Shown one piece after another: positions 40,664 to 49,498 of a stretch of DNA of 64,000 nucleotides (within the stretch, counting starts at the first letter, position 1; each line of letters starts with the position of its first letter). The stretch is from Bacteroidota bacterium (GTDB lineage Bacteria; Bacteroidota; Bacteroidia; Bacteroidales; Dysgonomonadaceae): NCBI GenBank assembly GCA_039799165.1, contig JBDLTH010000080.1, forward strand, positions 6,000-69,999, read 5' to 3'. The position numbers and the translations under genes were made by a program. The notes beneath the pieces were generated by a model. The model did no database searches, had not been told where the DNA came from, and worked only from the letters and a program-made list of their open reading frames with translations.

Positions 40664-43129
40664 TTAATCAAAATCGACAACCGTGATGCCAGCTCCGCCA
40701 AACTGCACATGCTCGTCTTGGTAGTTACTCACCCCATTTACCGTACGCAGGTAGTCTCTAATTACCTGACGCAACGCACCCGTACCTGTGCCATGCAGGA
40801 TGCGTACCCGTGATACGCTTACTTGTATAGCATCGTCAATAAAGTACATCACGGCTTGCAAAGCCTCGTCGGCACGCATGCCACGCACGTCTATTTCTTG
40901 TTTAAAGTTTAGCTTTTTGTCATAAATCTGATCGCTGGTTTGGCTACTTACAAAGGTGCTTTTGGCGGTTTCTCGTTTCACCTGATTTTTGCTCACCTTA
41001 TCAAGGGTATCGAGCTTTACGGTCGATTTTATCATGCCAAAGGCTACAATGGCATTTTTGCCTTGCATACCCATCAGCTCGCCTACGGATGTTTGCCCTT
41101 TCATACGCACATAATCGCCTACTTGCAGTGCTTCCGTTTTTTGCTCTTTGGGGGCTTTTACCTTGTTTTGTTTCTGTTGCTCCTTCTCTTTAAGCTTTTG
41201 TATTTTGCGGGCTATTTTGTCGTCTCCCAAATGCTCCACAGCATCCAGATTGGCTTTGAATTGGCTTAACGCTTGGCGAGCTTCTTTGGTTTTTTCTTTG
41301 TCGGCTTGAGCCTCTTTGATGGTGCGTATCGTATTCTCTATTTTAGCATTCGCATCTGCCAACAGGCGTTGTGCCTCTTCTTTGGCTTGGCGAATCAGCT
41401 CTTTGCGTTGCTTTTCTACCTCGGTGAGGTCGGTTTCGTATTTCTCGGTAACCTCTTCTAGCTTCTTTTCTTTCTGACGGATGTTTTGACGTTTACTTTC
41501 CCAATAACGCTTGTCTCGCACAATGTCTTGCAGGTACTTATCCATGTTGATGTAGTCGCTTCCGACCAGTTCCGAGGCATCGTTTATTACATCTTCGGGC
41601 AAACCTATTTTGCGGGCTATTTCGATAGCAAACGAACTGCCTGGATTGCCTATGGATAGGGCAAACAGGGGTTGCATGATGTGGCGGTCATAGAGCATGG
41701 CACCGTTTACCACGCCCTTGTGTTCGTTGGCAAAGTGTTTGAGATTCTGATAGTGGGTAGTGATAACGCCAAATGCCTCGCGCTCGTTGAAGCGTTTGAG
41801 TAGCGATTCGGCAATAGCTCCGCCTATCTGTGGCTCGGTACCCCCTCCAAATTCGTCAATCAACAAAATCGTTTTGTGATCGCAATTGCGTACAAAGTAT
41901 TTCATGTTGGTAAGGTGCGAGCTGTACGTACTGAGGTCGTTTTCTATCGATTGCTCGTCGCCTATATCGATAAATATATGATCGAAGATTCCCACTTTCG
42001 AGCTTTCGGCTACGGGGATGGGCAGTCCGCATTGCACCATGTATTGCAATAGCCCTACTGTTTTGAGGCATACTGATTTACCACCTGCATTGGGTCCTGA
42101 TATGATGAGCAGGCGGGTATCGGCTTCGAGCCAAATATCGAGGGGTACTACGGTCTTGTTTTGTTTCTTGTGCGACAGGTACAGCAGGGGATGGGTAGCC
42201 CTGTTCCAGCTGATAAGTTGTGCATCAGTCATTGTAGGGCGTATGGCGTTGATGTCGAGCGAAAAGCGTGCTTTGGCTCGAATAAAATCGATCCACCCCA
42301 AAAAGTCGTACGATTGTAGGATATCGGGGGCTAAGGGGCGTACATTGTCGGTAAAGGCAATCAGTATTTTAACTATTTCTCTACGTTCTTCGCTCTCCAG
42401 TTCTCGCACACGGTTGTTGGCTTCTACTACTTCGGCAGGTTCGATAAATACGGTCTTGCCCGATGCCGACTCGTCATGCACAATACCTTTGAGTTTGCGT
42501 TTAAAGGCAGGTGCTACGGGTATTACCAGTCGCCCATCGCGCATGGTGGGGGCAACGTCTTTTTCGACTAGCCCTTCGGCTTGTGCCGATCTGAGGATGG
42601 CACTTAGGCTTTTGGATATGCTGCTGGATACCTGTGCCATCTCGCGACGTATGTGGCTTAGGTTACTGGAGGCATTGTCTTTGATGCGTCCATACTTGTC
42701 CAATATGGCATCTATTTGGTTGAGCAATTGTGGAAACACCACAACGTCGCCTGCTAGTGCTTGCAAATGAGGGTAGGGGGTGTTGTCTTCGTCTTCTTTT
42801 TTCAGAAAGCTGACAATCTCCCGAATGGTCTGGAGCGAGCGACGCAGGTCAAACACGGCTGGTTCGTCTAACCATGTGCCTTCTACCCTGATGTTTTTGA
42901 GTGCGGGGCGTACATCAAAAAAATGATTGACCGGAAATTCGTCTTCTTCTTGTATGATGCGTATAAACTCGTCTGTTTGCGAAAGTAATTTTTCGATGGA
43001 TGCGTAGGCATTCAGAAAAGCCATTTCGTGGGTTTTCTCTTCGCCCAATGTGCTTAGGCATTTGTCTACAATGAGGTTACGCACTTTGTCGAACCCTATC
43101 TTAACTTCGAAATTATCGGGATATATCAC
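40664..43129 (-). CDS. mutS2: MutS2 endonuclease with Smr domain
   Basis: ISGPNAGGKS, DIGDEQSIENDLSTYSSH, LIDEFGGGTEP, TTHY, Smr ILHGTGTGALR. Confidence 0.95.
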   Translation of the reverse strand: MIYPDNFEVKIGFDKVRNLIVDKCLSTLGEEKTHEMAFLNAYASIEKLLSQTDEFIRIIQEEDEFPVNHFFDVRPALKNIRVEGTWLDEPAVFDLRRSLQTIREIVSFLKKEDEDNTPYPHLQALAGDVVVFPQLLNQIDAILDKYGRIKDNASSNLSHIRREMAQVSSSISKSLSAILRSAQAEGLVEKDVAPTMRDGRLVIPVAPAFKRKLKGIVHDESASGKTVFIEPAEVVEANNRVRELESEERREIVKILIAFTDNVRPLAPDILQSYDFLGWIDFIRAKARFSLDINAIRPTMTDAQLISWNRATHPLLYLSHKKQNKTVVPLDIWLEADTRLLIISGPNAGGKSVCLKTVGLLQYMVQCGLPIPVAESSKVGIFDHIFIDIGDEQSIENDLSTYSSHLTNMKYFVRNCDHKTILLIDEFGGGTEPQIGGAIAESLLKRFNEREAFGVITTHYQNLKHFANEHKGVVNGAMLYDRHIMQPLFALSIGNPGSSFAIEIARKIGLPEDVINDASELVGSDYINMDKYLQDIVRDKRYWESKRQNIRQKEKKLEEVTEKYETDLTEVEKQRKELIRQAKEEAQRLLADANAKIENTIRTIKEAQADKEKTKEARQALSQFKANLDAVEHLGDDKIARKIQKLKEKEQQKQNKVKAPKEQKTEALQVGDYVRMKGQTSVGELMGMQGKNAIVAFGMIKSTVKLDTLDKVSKNQVKRETAKSTFVSSQTSDQIYDKKLNFKQEIDVRGMRADEALQAVMYFIDDAIQVSVSRVRILHGTGTGALRQVIRDYLRTVNGVSNYQDEHVQFGGAGITVVDFD

Positions 43130-43232
43130 GCTATTTGTCTTCTTGTTTTTAAACAGACTACAAAGATAGTAAAATGATTGCTCTTACAATGTGCCGATGG
43201 GTTGGGGGGAGGGAATGAATAAGAAGATTTAT

Positions 43233-43892
43233 TTATTTCTTTGTTAAGGGTATTTTGAGAATTGCATTTATCAGCAATCCAGCATGCTGGTTAGGTATCC
43301 ATTCTTGATAATTTGGGGGTTGGTGCTTCACGATATCAGGTCTAAAGTTAAGAGTTGAATAGCCAACAGAACCTACAATAGTCCATTTCGGTGTTTTGTA
43401 TTCTACACCTGCCCCTATATTGTAGGTAAGGCTTGTTTCGGCGAAACTCTTTTTGTCATGTCCTTTATACGTAAAGCGACCCGTCATTACTCCCACTGCA
43501 ATTTCGTTTTCGAGAAACAAAGATAGGCTTTCGTCTACATGAAAATGAAATTTAGGTACAACACCAACCTGTGGGTGAAACAGGCTGTACTTTAGGCTTG
43601 CTGTACTTGGGTTTTTAGGTGGAATTGGTATGCCATTTTTATCTGCGGTTGCATTTGTTTCATCACTGAAAGTATAAAGCCCATATCGGGTTCTCAACTC
43701 TAGACTAAAGAAGTGATTGCGATGTGGCATATATTCTAAGCCCATAATGAATCCTCCTCCCCGAACGTCTTGGTCAAGCCCTGTTCCATTGTAATAGATG
43801 CCTGGCATGAGTGAGAGTTTTGATTGTGCTTGCACCAGTTGTGAAACGAGTGCAAAAATAAAGATAAAACTTATAGATAGTATAACTTTCAT
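43233..43892 (-). CDS. Putative outer-membrane beta-barrel protein
   Basis: SPI signal peptide (AQ cleavage), alternating beta-strand pattern, YNIGAGVEY; 4 nt downstream of peptide 3 stop. Confidence 0.6.
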   Translation of the reverse strand: MKVILSISFIFIFALVSQLVQAQSKLSLMPGIYYNGTGLDQDVRGGGFIMGLEYMPHRNHFFSLELRTRYGLYTFSDETNATADKNGIPIPPKNPSTASLKYSLFHPQVGVVPKFHFHVDESLSLFLENEIAVGVMTGRFTYKGHDKKSFAETSLTYNIGAGVEYKTPKWTIVGSVGYSTLNFRPDIVKHQPPNYQEWIPNQHAGLLINAILKIPLTKK

Positions 43893-43896
43893 ATAC

Positions 43897-44082
43897 TTAG
43901 CTCATGATACTGCATAAGGTGAGATTAGCTATAATGAGTAGTGTGCCTGCCAATAATATTTTTAGTGCTTTAGACTGATATTGTTCTTTTTTTTCCATTA
44001 TAATACATACAATCAGCAGAACACTTCCGCCTATAATTAATGCTATACCGCAGAGTAGCAATCCCCAAATTAGTGTAATCAT
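43897..44082 (-). CDS. Small two-helix membrane peptide 3 (61 aa, ends TLCSIMS)
   Basis: Paralog of 44382-44597: ALKILLAGTLL...TLC. Confidence 0.75.
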   Translation of the reverse strand: MITLIWGLLLCGIALIIGGSVLLIVCIIMEKKEQYQSKALKILLAGTLLIIANLTLCSIMS

Positions 44083-44154
44083 GAGCGTATTTCTTGTTTT
44101 TCAGTAAATGTTTATTTTAAAAGAAAGCTTCTTAATAAATGAAGGATAGCCCAT

Positions 44155-44343
44155 TTATAAAGCAAGCAAATAAGCGAATACACAAATAAATATACCGCAT
44201 CCGATTAGCTTTATAGAATTGAGCGTATGCTTTCGTTTATCTTCTTTTATGAGAGAAACGATCAATATCATTATTCCTACCATGCTAGTCAGTACTCCTA
44301 TTACGAATATAATCAAGAGGACTAAGAATAAAATATATTCCAT
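44155..44343 (-). CDS. Small two-helix membrane peptide 2 (62 aa)
   Basis: Same helix-charged loop-helix layout (KEDKRK..LNSIKLI); ATG 44343 preferred over TTG 44349. Confidence 0.7.
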   Translation of the reverse strand: MEYILFLVLLIIFVIGVLTSMVGIMILIVSLIKEDKRKHTLNSIKLIGCGIFICVFAYLLAL

Positions 44344-44381
44344 TATCAATATTGTCTTTTGCGTATTAAAACGGAGTTTAC

Positions 44382-44597
44382 TTAGTGCATGGGACCTAAG
44401 CTAAAGGTCATGGTGCAAAGCGTAAAACCACCTATGCCTAGCAATGTACCCAGTAGTATGACTTTTAGTGCGTTTATGGCACGTTTTTTTTTATCATCTA
44501 CAAATACTACACTAATTAGCATGATGATGCCAACAACAAGAAGTAGTATGGCTATACCTAGTATAAAGAACGATAAAATGTTTAAAGACTCTTTCAT
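44382..44597 (-). CDS. Small two-helix membrane peptide 1 (71 aa, ends TLCTMTFSLGPMH)
   Basis: 30 nt downstream of rSAM stop; DDKKKR loop, ALKVILLGTLL...TLC. Confidence 0.75.
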   Translation of the reverse strand: MKESLNILSFFILGIAILLLVVGIIMLISVVFVDDKKKRAINALKVILLGTLLGIGGFTLCTMTFSLGPMH

Positions 44598-44627
44598 AAT
44601 AATAGCAAATGAGTGGATTACGGATTT

Positions 44628-45989
44628 TTATATATCAGATTGGTTTCGATACAACAGATTCATGGTTTCGAAAGGGATAATTCGCCCATCGTCATGTACA
44701 ATATGCACGCACGATTTTTTGATGGCTCGCACATCAAAGTTGTGTGCATCCATAAATTGCATAATAATTACCCGAAACAGGTTGTCGTATTCCAGCCCAG
44801 GTGCATACACTTCGGGTAGGCAACATAGCAGTTGGGTTACGTTTTCCGAAGCCTTGTCTACCGATATACCTGTACTGAAAAGCTTTATCATCTGGTCTTG
44901 CAGATCGGCATCTTGCTCGTATACAATGGTGTTTTTAGAAGCCGTATTCAACAGGGCTTTCGGGTCTATGTATCGGGTTAGGGGTATTACCTGTCCGTTC
45001 AGTTTTAGGGCATAGCCCATAGCCAGCGCATCGGGGTTGCAAGGTACGGGTACAATGTCGTTGGCTTCGAACAGCTTGCTCTGAGCGAGTATGTTGTTAC
45101 GCACCTCGGTAAGGGTTAGCCGATGATTGACCGAGTGGGGGTGGTTGCGTCCAGCTATTTGTATTGGCTGAAAGGTTACACCACGCACGCATCGTTGTTT
45201 TACGGCAAAGTCAAGTATACTGCCTATTTCATCGTCATTTAGCCCCTGTTGCAAGGTAACTACAAGCGTGGTGCTTAGGTTGAGTTCGTTGAGGGTTTCC
45301 AACGCTTTGTATTTAAGCGAAAGCAAATCGGCTCCTCGCAATTCTTTAATTACTTCGGGGCGAAACGAATCGAATTGCAGGTACACCTCAAAGTCGGGCA
45401 TGTAGCTTGCCAGTCGAGTTGCAAATGCACGGTCTTGTGCAATGCGAATACCGTTGGTGTTTAGCATCAAATGCTTGATGGGTTTTTTCTTGGCAATGTC
45501 TAATATTTCGAAAAAATGGGGGTGTATAGTGGGTTCGCCACCACTTATTTGCACAACATCGGGTTCGCCCTCGCTAGCTACTATAATGTCTAGCATGCGT
45601 TCTATTTCTGCTACACTTTTGTGTTTGCCTTGAGCCGACGATGCGGCATAGCAGGTGGGGCAATTGAGGTTGCACTGATCGGTAATTTCTACAATGCAAA
45701 GGCAACTGTGTTGCTCATGATCGGTACACAGACCACAATCATAGGGGCATCCTTTTTCTACGGGCATCGCAAACTTGAGTGGCATATCCGAAGCCTTGTT
45801 GTAGTTGCGTATATTTTTGTAATAGTCTACATCCGTAGCCAGCAATGTTTTACTAAACCCATGTTGTGGGCAAGCTTTGGTCATAAACACGTTGTTGCCC
45901 TCAATCACTATCTTGGCATCGATACGTTGCAGGCACTCGGCACAAAGGCTCGTTGTGTAGTCGTAATATACATAATCTCTTACAGGCAT
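44628..45989 (-). CDS. Radical SAM enzyme, Tes/GDGT-MAS (MJ0619)-like family
   Basis: N-terminal TTSLCAEC...CPQHG, auxiliary GCPYDCGLC..HEQHSC, core CNLNCPTC, SGGEPT, LNTNG, YLQFD, RGVTFQP, C-terminal SCVH...DGRIIPF. Confidence 0.85.
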   Translation of the reverse strand: MPVRDYVYYDYTTSLCAECLQRIDAKIVIEGNNVFMTKACPQHGFSKTLLATDVDYYKNIRNYNKASDMPLKFAMPVEKGCPYDCGLCTDHEQHSCLCIVEITDQCNLNCPTCYAASSAQGKHKSVAEIERMLDIIVASEGEPDVVQISGGEPTIHPHFFEILDIAKKKPIKHLMLNTNGIRIAQDRAFATRLASYMPDFEVYLQFDSFRPEVIKELRGADLLSLKYKALETLNELNLSTTLVVTLQQGLNDDEIGSILDFAVKQRCVRGVTFQPIQIAGRNHPHSVNHRLTLTEVRNNILAQSKLFEANDIVPVPCNPDALAMGYALKLNGQVIPLTRYIDPKALLNTASKNTIVYEQDADLQDQMIKLFSTGISVDKASENVTQLLCCLPEVYAPGLEYDNLFRVIIMQFMDAHNFDVRAIKKSCVHIVHDDGRIIPFETMNLLYRNQSDI

Positions 45990-46003
45990 ATTAATGATGT
46001 GTT

Positions 46004-46789
46004 TTAGGTGGTTTGTTTACTCGTTGATGGATGGCTTGCAAGCAGCCGTTTGGGCTGCACGATATAGGGTGCATAATAAAATATGGTGAGCAGGCTAGCA
46101 AGTTGAATACTGCCCAACCCAAACGCATAGCGCCATCCGGGCTTGATGAAGTCGAGGGCAAAGCGAAATACAAAATAGGCGATCATAAACAGCTTGAATA
46201 GTCCTCCCGATTGCAGGGTATATGTTTTTTGTACCTGCTTGAGAATAATCCAAATGCCGATGAGGTAAACAATCTCGTACAAGGCTACGGGGTGGCGCAT
46301 GATGTTGTCGCCCAAGTTCATTGCCCACGGCAATGACGAGGGCAGTCCATACGTTTCTTCGTACACACCTGCACTAAAACAGCCAATGCGTCCGATAATT
46401 ATTCCTAGCAAAAGTGGGTATACATATATGTCGCCAGTGCTTTGCTTTTCGCCTACTATTTTTTTGAATAGTTCTACGCCTATCAATCCACCTATTAGCC
46501 CGCCAGCCAATGTTTTGTTGAACCAGAAGTACAGTAGCTTGTTTGACGATGCCATCCATTGCGGTATGTTTTCGGCAGCACCCAACAAGTGCGATCCTAC
46601 AATAGCCCCACTGGTTGCACCTATTAGTGCTACTAGCCGATTGATGTCTTCGACCGAGTCGCCTTGTTTTTTGCGTAACATGAGGTAATACCTAAAAGCT
46701 ATACATGTAGCCATCAGCTCTAGTAAGCTATGCCACAAGATAGTTGTGCCAGCTATTTGTATGCCCATCGGAAAGTTAAAATCGATCAT
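46004..46789 (-). CDS. Prolipoprotein diacylglyceryl transferase-like protein (divergent Lgt)
   Basis: GGLIGG, GRIGCF, YG.P..LPW, HPVALYE, FRF.LDF motifs; multi-TM; ATG 46789 preferred. Confidence 0.85.
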   Translation of the reverse strand: MIDFNFPMGIQIAGTTILWHSLLELMATCIAFRYYLMLRKKQGDSVEDINRLVALIGATSGAIVGSHLLGAAENIPQWMASSNKLLYFWFNKTLAGGLIGGLIGVELFKKIVGEKQSTGDIYVYPLLLGIIIGRIGCFSAGVYEETYGLPSSLPWAMNLGDNIMRHPVALYEIVYLIGIWIILKQVQKTYTLQSGGLFKLFMIAYFVFRFALDFIKPGWRYAFGLGSIQLASLLTIFYYAPYIVQPKRLLASHPSTSKQTT

Positions 46790-47002
46790 TCTTATCGATA
46801 TAAGGTTGATTTTTGTTGTTTCTTTATCTAAAACAGTGTGCAATAGTACGTTTTTTAACTGAAAGTAGCAAGTAAAGGATAATATTGTGAGATTAAATTA
46901 TTAAAAGATCATCAATCATAAATATGATAGGAATGTATAATTTACCTTATTTTTATTACTTGATTTAAAAGCTTACTTTTGTGCTAAATTTTAAAAAAGA
47001 AG

Positions 47003-47803
47003 ATGAAAAAAATAAATGTATTCGTAGTTCTTGTAGCAGTAGCTTTGGGCTTTGCTGCTTGTAACAACAAAAAAGCGACACCAACCGACGAGGTGAATGC
47101 AACAACATCAGTATCAGCAAAAAAAATATTATTTGTATTATCTAGCCACGACAGCTTGGGCAATACAGGTAACAAAACAGGTTACTATCTGTCAGAAGTA
47201 GCACACCCATGGGAAGTACTAAAAAATGCAGGATACGAAATAGATTTTGTAAGCCCCAAAGGTGGTAATCCTCCCGTAGATGGTTTTGACTTGAAAGACT
47301 CTATCAACCATGTGTTTTGGACAGATAGCATCTACCAGCTTAAATTACAAAATACAATGAAGCCTGCTGATGTAAACCCCGAAGCCTATGCCGCTATTCA
47401 TTATGCTGGTGGGCATGGTACCATGTGGGATTTTGCCGACAATACAGAGTTGGCAAGCATTGCTACCCAAATTTATGAAAAAGGAGGTGTAGTAAGTGCC
47501 GTATGTCATGGACCAGCTGGTTTGGTAAACATCAAACTATCAGATGGTAGCTATTTGGTAGCAGGTAAAAAAATAAATGGCTTTACGAACGAAGAAGAGG
47601 TGGCTGTGAAACTTGAAAAAGTAGTGCCTTTTATGCTAGAAACTAAGCTTATTGAGCGTGGTGCTATCTTCGAAAAAACAGAGATGTGGCAAGCTCATGT
47701 AGTGGTAGATCAGCGTGTGGTAACGGGTCAAAACCCACAATCGGCAACCAAAGTAGGAGAGGCTATATTGAGCGAATTGACAAAAATAAATACGAAACAA
47801 TAA
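47003..47803 (+). CDS. DJ-1/PfpI (Hsp31-like) family protein, lipoprotein
   Basis: YLSEVAHPW, AGGHGTMWD, AVCHGP, VTGQNPQS; lipobox FAAC. Confidence 0.9.
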   Translation: MKKINVFVVLVAVALGFAACNNKKATPTDEVNATTSVSAKKILFVLSSHDSLGNTGNKTGYYLSEVAHPWEVLKNAGYEIDFVSPKGGNPPVDGFDLKDSINHVFWTDSIYQLKLQNTMKPADVNPEAYAAIHYAGGHGTMWDFADNTELASIATQIYEKGGVVSAVCHGPAGLVNIKLSDGSYLVAGKKINGFTNEEEVAVKLEKVVPFMLETKLIERGAIFEKTEMWQAHVVVDQRVVTGQNPQSATKVGEAILSELTKINTKQ

Positions 47804-47880
47804 ATTGGCGAATTTTTATTGTATGTGAATTGATTGCATGACGATGCTTCGGACTGAACTAGTTTTTCGAGCATCCTAAA

Positions 47881-47923
47881 CAAAACGCCCCCTTTGAATG
47901 TAAGATTCGATGGGGGTGTTTTG
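47881..47923 (+). terminator. Terminator after DJ-1 gene
   Basis: caaaacgccccc/gggggtgttttg stem. Confidence 0.65.
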
Positions 47924-48024
47924 GCTTTGTGGGTATGTCTTGTATCTTAAAAACAAAAAATGCTAAGTTTATCTAAAATCTTATTTCTACTTTTACTATT
48001 TCAATTTGTATCAAAATTAAGAAT

Positions 48025-48879
48025 ATGAGATTAGACGGAAGAAGGACGAGCGACAATGTTGACGATCGGCGCGGAAAAGGGGGCGTAGGAAAGGCATCGC
48101 TAGGTATTGGCGGAACTATTCTTGTGGGACTCATTGTATGGTTGATGGGCGGCAACCCCATGGAGGTGCTTCAGCAACAGGCATCACAAAACATAGGTGT
48201 GCAAGGTAGTTATACCCCAACAGCCGAGGAGGAACAGGCTGCAACTTTTGCCAAAACTATTTTGGCAGGTACAGAGGATGTTTGGAAAGAAGTATTTGCC
48301 CAAAATGGGATGAAGTACGTTGCCCCTCGTATGGTGCTGTTTAGTGGAGGCACACAATCGGGGTGTGGTAACGCCTCATCAGCCACAGGTCCATTCTACT
48401 GTTCGGCAGATCAGACGGTATATATCGACCTCTCGTTTTTCAATCAGATGAAGACGCAACTTAATGCAGGAGGCGACTTTGCCTACGCTTATGTTATAGC
48501 ACACGAGGTAGGGCATCACGTACAATACCTTTTGGGTACCTTAAACAAGGTGCATACACAGCAGCAACGCCTAAGCGAAAAAGAAAGCAACCAGCTTAAT
48601 GTCAGACTAGAGTTGCAAGCCGATTATTATGCAGGTATTTGGGCATATCACGATAACAAAAACTTTAACTCGATAGAGGATGGCGATATAGATGAGGGTC
48701 TGAATGCGGCAACACAGATAGGCGACGACCGCCTGCAAATGCAATCGCAAGGATATACTGTACCTGATGCTTTCAACCATGGTACATCGGCTCAACGCAG
48801 TCGTTGGCTCAAAAAAGGCTTGCAAAGCGGACAATTATCCGGTGGCGATACGTTTTCTATCGCCTACTCGGCATTGTAA
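48025..48879 (+). CDS. Neutral zinc metallopeptidase (YpfJ-like)
   Basis: R.S.NVDDRRG, GPFYCSAD, AHEVGHHVQ, LELQADYYAG, HGTSAQR. Confidence 0.92.
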   Translation: MRLDGRRTSDNVDDRRGKGGVGKASLGIGGTILVGLIVWLMGGNPMEVLQQQASQNIGVQGSYTPTAEEEQAATFAKTILAGTEDVWKEVFAQNGMKYVAPRMVLFSGGTQSGCGNASSATGPFYCSADQTVYIDLSFFNQMKTQLNAGGDFAYAYVIAHEVGHHVQYLLGTLNKVHTQQQRLSEKESNQLNVRLELQADYYAGIWAYHDNKNFNSIEDGDIDEGLNAATQIGDDRLQMQSQGYTVPDAFNHGTSAQRSRWLKKGLQSGQLSGGDTFSIAYSAL

Positions 48880-48883
48880 CTGT

Positions 48884-49474
48884 TTATTTAGCTAATAGCT
48901 TGTCGATGTCTTTGGCTATCTTCGATGGATTGGTGGTGGGTGCGTAACGTTCGATTACGTTACCCTCTTGATCCACCAAAAATTTGGTAAAATTCCACTT
49001 GATGCGTTTACCTAGAATGCCACCGGTGCTTTCTTTTAGGTATTCGAACAAAGGGTCGGCATGGTCGCCATTTACATCAATCTTGGCAAACGTGGTGAAG
49101 GTGGTTTTGTATTTCATCTCGCAAAATGTAGCCAGCTCTTCATTTGTACCAGGTGCTTGCCCTCCAAACTGGTTGCACGGAAAGTCGAGTACCTCAAATC
49201 CCTTGTCTTTATATGTTAAATAAAGGGCTTGCAAATCTTTGTATTGTGGCGTAAAACCACATTCGGTAGCCGTGTTTACAATCAACAGCACCTTGCCTTT
49301 GTAGTTGCTTAGTGGTACACTGTTGCCTTGGCTATCATTTACTTCAATGTTATATATTTTCATATCAGGGGTTTGATGAGTATATGCTGTAATGCCCATA
49401 TAGGCAGTTACAAGTATACAGGTTACTATTAATACATGAATAAGATTTCGTTTTCTAGATTTTTTTTGTAGCAT
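48884..49474 (-). CDS. Glutathione peroxidase (Cys type)
   Basis: VNTATECGFTPQY, FPCNQFGGQ, IKWNFTKFLVD. Confidence 0.94.
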   Translation of the reverse strand: MLQKKSRKRNLIHVLIVTCILVTAYMGITAYTHQTPDMKIYNIEVNDSQGNSVPLSNYKGKVLLIVNTATECGFTPQYKDLQALYLTYKDKGFEVLDFPCNQFGGQAPGTNEELATFCEMKYKTTFTTFAKIDVNGDHADPLFEYLKESTGGILGKRIKWNFTKFLVDQEGNVIERYAPTTNPSKIAKDIDKLLAK

Positions 49475-49498
49475 TGTTTGTTTTATTTAAAATATTAG

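Noticed and set aside
42018-42770. 250-aa plus-strand ORF
   Set aside because: Antisense shadow of mutS2
44389-45015. 208-aa plus-strand ORF over the peptide/rSAM junction
   Set aside because: Antisense shadow with no recognisable domain; the minus-strand genes explain the region
48884-49474. Selenocysteine glutathione peroxidase
   Set aside because: The active site is an ordinary Cys with no in-frame TGA
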